64,000 nt of DNA. It comes from Hyaloraphidium curvatum SAG 235-1. Lineage: Eukaryota; Fungi; Monoblepharomycota. Location of the stretch: NCBI GenBank assembly GCA_025558095.1, contig JAIVFI010000032.1, positions 434,001 to 498,000 on the forward strand, read 5' to 3'. The notes beneath the pieces are model-generated. The model did no database searches. It saw only the letters and a list, made by a program, of their open reading frames with translations, and had not been told where the DNA came from. Positions within the stretch are counted from its first letter, which is position 1. Every line of letters starts with the position of its first letter. Made by a program: the position numbers and the translations under genes. This document shows, one piece after another, positions 57,104 to 64,000 of the stretch.

Positions 57104-59465
57104 TCACGCGCACGCCGCCTCCCTCGACGCCACCCATATCCCCGACGACGCCACGTTGGTCCTCCCGCACGAGTCCACCGCCCTCGCCTCGACAAAGTAG
57201 TACCCGCACCCCGCCGGCAGCGCGGGCAGGCGGAACGACGCCGCGTTGCGGTTGCGCGCCGAGGTGACGGCCACGGGGGCGCCGCACGACGCGGCGGTGC
57301 ACGAGACGCGGAAGAGGGAGAGGGTGATGGAGGTGGCGGGGAGGGCGGCGCCGCGGACGTCGCGGGCGGTGGCGGAGAGGGAGAGGGTGCGGCCGGGTTC
57401 GGAGGAGGCGGGCGGGGGGGAGAGGGAGAGGGTGGGGAGGTAGGGCGATTTGGGGCCGCTGGGGAAAAGGAGGGGGGGGGGGAATGCAGTCAGCGTCCGG
57501 CGATGCAATGAAAGAGGCAGGGGATGCTTACCAGGCGAGGACGGGGTCGATCCACTGCCCGTAGTTGAGCCCGGCGCCCGTGAGCGCGGTGCGCAGCTCG
57601 AGCCGCCGCACGCCGACGAGATTGACGTCCACGGCGGCGGCGGCCATCGCGCGCGACCGCGGGGTCGATGCGAACACGCGGCGCCCGTCGGCCCAGACCG
57701 AGAACACGACGCGGGCCGAGGCGGCCGAGGCGGCGTCCAGGCCGTACGCGACCCGGAGGCTGCCGCACATGCCGTCCAGCCGCACGGCGACGGTGCTCGC
57801 GCCCCTGACGCCGAACCCGCGCGCGTACCTGCGCCCGCCGACCCGCATGGGGCGCACCCGGCCCCGCACGGCGCCGATGCGCCCGTTGCGCGCGCACGGC
57901 CAGCCCATGGCGGTGGCGCAGGTCCAGGCGGGGGAGGAGGAGGGCGCCTGCGAGAGCTCGGAGAAGGCGCCCGAGAGGGGGGGGACGGTGCCGCGGGTGG
58001 TGATGAGGCAGGGGTCGGCCGGGGGCGGGGGCGGCGGCGGGGCGGCCGTGGTGGTGGCGGTGCGGGTCTGCGTCCGCGTCTGCGTGGTCGTCGCCGTTTG
58101 GGTGGCCGTGTAGGTCGTCGTTGTGGTGGTGAGCGTCGTGGTTGTGGTCGCGGGGTTGCGGAAGGCGGCCACGACGTGCGGGTGCATGTTGAGCGTGCGC
58201 GCATTGTCTGCCGAGTTGGCCGCGCCGCTGTCCACCCCCGTGCGCTCGTTCAGCCCGTTGGCGGTGTAGCTCACGTCCGGGTTGGAAAAGTACATGACGC
58301 GCGGGCACTCGCCGGGCTGCGAGTCGGGGCACTGGTACGCCATCACGGTGCGGAAGAGCTTCTGCGGGTGCTGGTAGCCGTAGCTGTACGGGTACACGCC
58401 CGGGCCGCCGGCGTTGGCGCGGTCGTGGTGCGCGCCCATGTTGTGCCCGAGCTCGTGGCCGAACGAGTAGACGCCCGCCGCGCACGCGTGCGAGACGACC
58501 GAGTAGCCGTTGTCGGCAAAGTCGACCGAGGGCTCCTGCATCTGCCAGCCCACGCCGCAGCTCGTGGTGAGGGAGGTGAGCAGCACGACGAGGTCGGCGG
58601 CGTACTGGTCGCGCAGCGCGCGCACCGTGCCGGGCGTGTCTTGGGTGATGGCGCCGAGCAGCTGCACGAAGCTCTGCTCCTGCACGTCCAGCTCCTCGGC
58701 GTGCACGAGGCGGATGCGCTGCACGATGCCGCTGTTGCGGTAGGCCTCGTTGGTCTCGTCCGTGGCGGTCTGCGCGATGGCGCGGATCTGCGCCTCGCCG
58801 CCCTGCGCGGCCCGCGCGCCCGGGGTCCACAGCACCATCACGTCAATGATCGGGTCGCCGCCCTGGCGCTTGGCCAGCTCGACGAGCTCGGCGGTGCGCT
58901 TGGCCAGGCGGCGGCGCTCCTCGGGCGCCTTCTGCGGCGGCACCAGGGGCTGCATGCCCTCGGGCACGCGCGACTCGTCCAGCTCCGACACGCGGTGCAG
59001 CCGGCCCGACACGGGGGTGATGGCGTACACCTTGTGCGAGGTGCGCACGGTGCCGGCGACCAGGCCGCCGGTGACGGAGAGCACGACGGCCGAGAGCGGG
59101 TCGTCCTTCACGGCGCCGAACCAGGTGAAGCGGTCCGCGGCGACCTCCTCCACGCGATCGCGCACGGCGACCAGCGGGGTGCCGAAGAGCGGCAGCAGCA
59201 GCTCGGGCGGGCCGTAGGCGGCGATGGCGGGCAGGTCGACGAGGGCGAGCAGGCTCCGGTTGGCGAACGGGTCCGCGGCGGGGTTGGCGTCGGCGGCCAT
59301 GCCCCACCGCGGGAAGGTGAGGAACGACGCGGCGCGCTGCGCGAGCGGGGCGGCGGCCGCCGGGGCCGCCGCGATCGCCAGCAGCGCGAGCAGCGCGGCG
59401 CCGGCCACGCGGGCGGTGCTGACGGGGGCGGCGCGGGAGAGCGTCCGCCGCGGGCCGCCGGCCAT
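57104..59465 (-). CDS. Secreted metzincin (M12/reprolysin-like) zinc metallopeptidase + Thr/Pro linker + NPCBM/NEW2 domain + C-terminal beta-sandwich; 1 intron
   Basis: IDVMVLWT, LRDQYAADLVVLL, HELGHNMGAHHD, FRTVMAY (Met-turn), YFSNP; NPCBM-type MRVGGRRYARGFGV...VVFSVWADG...VDVNLVGVRRLEL...WIDP. Confidence 0.88.
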
Positions 59466-61700
59466 CCGGGCGGCGTGCGGCATGTCGCGCGAGTCCGCCG
59501 GCGCGGCGGCCGGCCGCGATTGGCGCGGGGAGGCCGGAGGGGCCGCGGTGCGGCGCGCGCGGGCGGGCCCGGCGCCCGGGCCGCGGACCGCAACGCTGCG
59601 GCCCTCCGCGGCCGGGCTGTCCATGGGAACGGGGTAGGAACGGCGGGTATGGCTGTCCATGGTGGTATGAGGTGGTGCGCCGGTTTGCGGCAGCCCCCGG
59701 GCCTTTCAAGGACATGGCCACAGCGCCCCAGCCTATTCGAGGGTCGTGACCTCAGAGTTAGGGACACCCCCCCTGCCTTCCCGTGCGTCCCCTGCCCCTC
59801 CCAGACCCCACGAAGCTCTGCATGTTGCTCCTCCGGGCGATAACGGCCACATGGCGGCCCTCCCACGGGCCCCCGCCGGCTCCCATAAGCTTCGCGTCCC
59901 GAGCCCCATGGGGCTGGTGACCGCCTCAAGCCGCAGATGACCAATCCCACCTTGCCCCCGGGGCCCCGACATCCCGACAGGGCGCACCAGCCTCCCGACC
60001 GGCCCGCCGGAGTCGCCCACCGCCGCCTCCCCCGCCTCTCCACCCGCTCCATGCCTCGTGCCCGGTGGCCGGGCAGCGCTGGCTGTCCCGATCGAGGCCG
60101 GGTCGTGCTCCGCTGCCGTAAGCAGGGCATTTTCGGGGATCGGCGCTTTGGCGGTGCGCGGGCCGGTCGGGGCGGCGAGGCGGGCGTGGCACCCCGGAAC
60201 CCCGCCACCGGGATGTGGCGCGGCGCACCGGGTCGGAGGCGCCGGGGGGGGGGAGGAGCTCGGGCGGGGTCCGCGGTGGCAAACACAGCCGCCTTGCCGC
60301 ACAACGCACAGCAATCAGGGGGTGCGGCATCGCCTTGGGGGGGCAGAGAGGTGCGTGCCAGGGGCGGATCGGGCGCCGGGGCGTACCTGACGACGGAGGT
60401 CGGGGGAGCAGGTGGGCGCGGCATGCATTCGGGCCCTGCGATGGGCGTGTCGGGGATCGTCCGCCTGGGTGTGTAACCATCGCAGGCAGCTGGGCGCCGT
60501 CGGCCCATCCGCGGAAAAGGTTGGCGGGCCGGACGCAAAGCGCATTGGAAGCAGACATGACGCCGTCCGGTATCTTAGGGGCAGGACAGGGTCCGGCGCA
60601 GAGGACCGACTCGGCCCCATGCCCGCGCCCTGTCCGATCCGGAGTGCCGTACCACCACCGCCCGCCAACGCACTGCCGTCCCGCCCGAACAAGCCGGCCG
60701 CGAACTATTCCGCCGCAGTCCTTCGCGAACTTCGGCCTCGGCGGGCGCAGGCCCCGGAACCTGGCGTGTCCGGACGCCTCCGGTCGCGGGCAGTCAGGAC
60801 AGAATCTTGCCCGGGGCGGCATTTACAAGCCCAGAACGAAGATACGTATCGACCGGGGCGATCGTGGGGGAGCCGGGAGCGCGCCAGGGGAAAGTGGTGC
60901 CTTTCCTGCTTGCCGGGGAGCGCCGGCTGCACGACGAGGACTTTGGCGCAACCTGGACGCCCGCTGCAGAGTCGGGTGTGGCAAGGTGGACTTCGGGGTT
61001 GTCCGCACTGCCGCAGAAGCGACGGGGGCCGGACGGGTCGGGCCGACCGTTTTTCGGACAGGCGGCCGGGGATCCGAAAGACTACCGAGGGAGCGGGGAA
61101 GGCCCCGGGTCCCCGGGGGACCGCGAGGGCGGTGCGCCACAGTAGAGGACGCGGGGTTGACGGGAAACCGGCAGGAAAGAAAGCCCATCGCCTTTTTGCG
61201 TCGGTCTTTACATTCGCGTCGCCCGAAACCGGGCCAGCTGAGTCCGCCGCCGGCCTCGTGCCGAACAGCGGGGTTTCCCCATCGGTCGGCGCCAAGGAGG
61301 GAAGGAGGGGGCGTTGCGTCGGCGATCCCGCCGCGGGCCGCCCCCACGCGGCGCGATCGCGCCCCCCGCGCCCCGCGGCGCATCCCGACCCCCGCGGCCC
61401 CGCAGATCCGCCTTCGTCGCCGCCGAACGGCCCGCGATGTTGTCGGCGGCCGCGATGGATTGCCGGCCACCAGCCCGTCAGCGTGCAAGGCCACCGAGTT
61501 TCGCCGGTGCACGACCACCCCGGGGATTTGATCGAGCACCAGCCCGGCACCCGCCCGCGGCGGGACAACGGAGTTCCGGCTGCCGACGCCGCGCGGCCGC
61601 ACGCGCAACGCCCCGCATAAAGCGTCAACGACAAGGCATCGCCGCCGGCCACCGCTCCCAGCCCCCACGACCGGTTTCCGAACGCGATTCGCCCGTGAAG

Positions 61701-62869
61701 ATGCCACGCCCCGCGATGCTCGCGGCCGCCGTCGCCGCGCTGCTGCTCGCCGCGCCGGCCGCGGCCGCGCCAAGCAGGCTCGTCAAGCGCGCGACGGAGG
61801 GATGCTGGAACCTGCCCGTGGTGAGTACCGGGGTTGCGGTGGCGGCGAGGGCGGGATCCGGCACCATGCCGGCGCGCTGCCGGGGTTGACGCCGTCGGCG
61901 GGGGATCACGGGCCCGACTTCTCTTCTCGCACGGATCTGACCTCTCTTCCCTCCACCCAGTCGAGCGACGGCACGTGCGGCTTCAACGGCTACCGCTGCC
62001 CGCAGGGCTCGTGCTGCTCCGCATGGGGCTACTGCTCAGGCGGCGCCGACCCCGGCACGCACGACCTCTGGTGCTCCGCCTCGCACGGGTGCCAGCGCCA
62101 GTTCGGCAAGTGCTTCGACAACGCCGAGCTCCGCTGCGGGCACGGCCTCGGCCACGCGTGCTCCGCCTCGGGGCCCGAGTGCGCGACCGGGTGCTGCGTC
62201 AACGGCGCCTGCGCAAACACCCACATCTGCTTCCCGCCCGCCGGCAACGGCGCCTCGTGCACCGCCTCGGACGGCCAGCAGTGCCAATCGGGCTGCTGCA
62301 TCAACGGCGCCTGCGCCGACGCGGGCCAGTGCTTCCCCAACGGCAACCCGGCCCAGGCCGTCACCCTGATCGGCGCCAGCCCCATCCACGGCAACTACCA
62401 GCCCGCTTCTCCGCCGCCGCCGCCTCCCGCCCCGGCCCCGGCCCCGGCCCCGCAGTCCCCCGCACCCTCGGGCGGCGGTGGCTGGATCGAGGGCTTCGGC
62501 ACCTGGTACAATGCGTGCGTGATCCCCCCGGCTTGGCAACGGAACGGCCCGACCTGACCCCCCGCCCTTTGCAGCTGCGACCCCGCCCAGAACCACGGCT
62601 ACGTCTGCATGGGCTCCTGCAACGGCAACTACATCGACGACTCGATCCCCGCCGTCGCCCTCAACGCGGCGCAGTACAACCACGGCCTCTGCTTCGCCTG
62701 CATCGAGGTGTACGACCCATCCACGGGCGTCACCGCCAGATTCTCGGTGCAGGACCGCTGCGCGGGGTGCGCGTGGGGCGCGATCGACCTGACCCCCGCC
62801 GCGTGGAGGAGGCTGGGGAACGATCCGTACACTTCGGGGTACAGGAGGATGAGGTGGCGGTTCTGCTGA
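61701..62869 (+). CDS. Secreted CBM18 (hevein) + Cys-rich repeats + Pro linker + expansin/RlpA-like DPBB protein; 2 introns
   Basis: Signal, then LVKR; DGTCG..CPQGSCCSAWGYC; two C..C..GCC.NGAC repeats; GFGTWY, GSC, VALN..Y..CFACIEV, VQDRCAGC..IDLTPAAW. Confidence 0.88.
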
Positions 62870-63112
62870 GCGCGCTGCCGCCGGGTGACGGGGACGCGGG
62901 GGGTTATACCGGGCACCGCGCGGTCGCTGGTTGGCCGCGCGGGCCCACGGCGCAGGGAGCCGTTGTGAAAAACCGGGGAGCAGGAGGAGGTCGATACCCG
63001 CGGGCAGGCCCGCGGACCGAATCAGTTAACACACATCAGTGTATTGTAACACGTCGGAGGATAGAGCGGCCGGGAGCCTTACCGTCGAACCTTGCGCCCC
63101 ATCCGGCCGCGA

Positions 63113-63349
63113 TCACGGCCTGCAGACCTTGCCGTGCCCCTTCCACGCCGCCCGCTGGCAATCGGCCCCACAGTACCTCGCCCTCCTGCACCTCGAGCAC
63201 GTGAGCAGCAGGATCGGCTCCTGCTTCCGCCCGCACGTCCCGCACCCCTCGTTGACCAGCGGCGGCGGGCCGGCGGGGGCCCTCTGCGCGCGGGAGAGGA
63301 ACTCCGCCGCGGAACGTAGACGTCCCCCGAACGGACGAGGTACTCGTCC
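63113..63349 (-). CDS. MYND-type zinc finger coding segment (no in-frame start; exon or frameshifted gene)
   Basis: Minus-strand frame not in the ORF track: CGTC...LLTCSRCRRARYCGADCQRAAWKGHGKVC followed by RP and a stop. Confidence 0.75.
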   Translation of the reverse strand, partial: GRVPRPFGGRLRSAAEFLSRAQRAPAGPPPLVNEGCGTCGRKQEPILLLTCSRCRRARYCGADCQRAAWKGHGKVCRP

Positions 63350-63362
63350 TCAGACGTCGGCA

Positions 63363-63731
63363 TCACGCCAACCGGAGCTCGTAAAAGACGTTGAGCGGGT
63401 CGTCCACGTAGTCGCCAAAGGGCCCGATTCTGCGGAACCCGGCGCGTTCGTACAGCGCTATCGCCTCGGCGTTCAGGATGCCGGTTTCCAGGCGTGCGAC
63501 TCCGATGTGTCGCGTCCGCAGGTGGTCCAGCAGAGCCCCGAGCATTTTCCGCCCGAGCCCGAGCCCCCGGAACTCCGGGAGCACGAACATCCTCTTAAGC
63601 TCGCCGTACCCCTCGCGGACGGCAACCGCCCCCGTGGCCGCGGCGATCCCGCCGACGCGTGCAACCAGGAAGCAGACGTTCGGGGCGAGCAGCGCGGAGG
63701 CGCCCAGCATGTGGTTGCATTCGGGCGGGAA
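63363..63731 (-). CDS. GNAT acetyltransferase, bacterial-type (5' end unresolved)
   Basis: GELKRMFVLPEFRGLGLG, RLETG...AIALYERAGF..IGPFGDYVDDPLNVFYE. Confidence 0.85.
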   Translation of the reverse strand, partial: FPPECNHMLGASALLAPNVCFLVARVGGIAAATGAVAVREGYGELKRMFVLPEFRGLGLGRKMLGALLDHLRTRHIGVARLETGILNAEAIALYERAGFRRIGPFGDYVDDPLNVFYELRLA

Positions 63732-64000
63732 CTAAACAGAGTGGCTACATTGCGGAAGCGGGAGACACGGGTAAGCATGCCGCGGCGCGACAGGAGGCCA
63801 TGAACAATGCCTATGGTATCTGGCGCCGGATGATCGCCGACCACACTGGGCTGGAACCGCGCACTTCGCTCAACATCCTGCGGACCATCGTGGAAGCCGT
63901 CGGCCAGTACGGCAACCCACTGCTCATTAGCAAACCGTCGACGGACCTTCTACGCGGCAAATCGGCGCGGGACGTGACCATCCGTCGCGCACTCCGCGCG

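Noticed and set aside
1-64000. Many long Arg/Pro/Ala-rich ORFs in the track (e.g. 183-1463, 25460-27733, 37003-38541, 57450-59843)
   Set aside because: They are antisense or off-frame shadows of GC3-rich real genes and contain no recognisable motifs.
1-64000. Bacterial contig or contamination
   Set aside because: Bacterial-type genes are interleaved with spliceosomal-intron genes and share their codon bias, and several carry introns themselves.
1-64000. tRNA, rRNA, transposase or LTR signatures
   Set aside because: None recognised by eye; tRNAscan-SE, Infernal and RepeatModeler would be needed to exclude them formally.

Overview
GC-rich, gene-dense eukaryotic DNA with many short (about 40-130 nt) GT-AG introns, often with CTGAC-like branch points. 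The gene content points to an early-diverging zoosporic fungus: a hevein/CBM18-expansin, a SUR7/PalI-like protein, a fungal GATA factor, a GPI-tailed GH16, Kex2-type propeptides, and F-box and MYND proteins. A Monoblepharidomycete (Hyaloraphidium/Gonapodya-like) is my best guess, which is inference only. I can support about 37 protein-coding genes. I saw no rRNA, tRNA, CRISPR array or transposase. Most long ORFs in the supplied track are antisense or off-frame shadows of GC3-rich genes. The striking theme is the number of prokaryote-type genes in a eukaryotic chromosome: a DHFR, an SfsA nuclease, a DUF262 (GmrS/SspE-like) protein, a CotA-like multicopper oxidase fused to a cupredoxin, a stand-alone shikimate dehydrogenase and a GNAT. 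From about 47 to 63 kb there is also a block of secreted proteins built from bacterial-type modules. The best candidate for an undescribed system is a six-intron, secreted AztD-like zinc-binding beta-propeller fused to a small Cys-rich module (a possible zincophore). It is flanked by two related secreted proteins sharing an 'ARHLCPxC...CC' motif and an SdrD-B-like domain. Family assignments come from motifs I recognised by eye, not database searches. Exon boundaries were read manually and are approximate.
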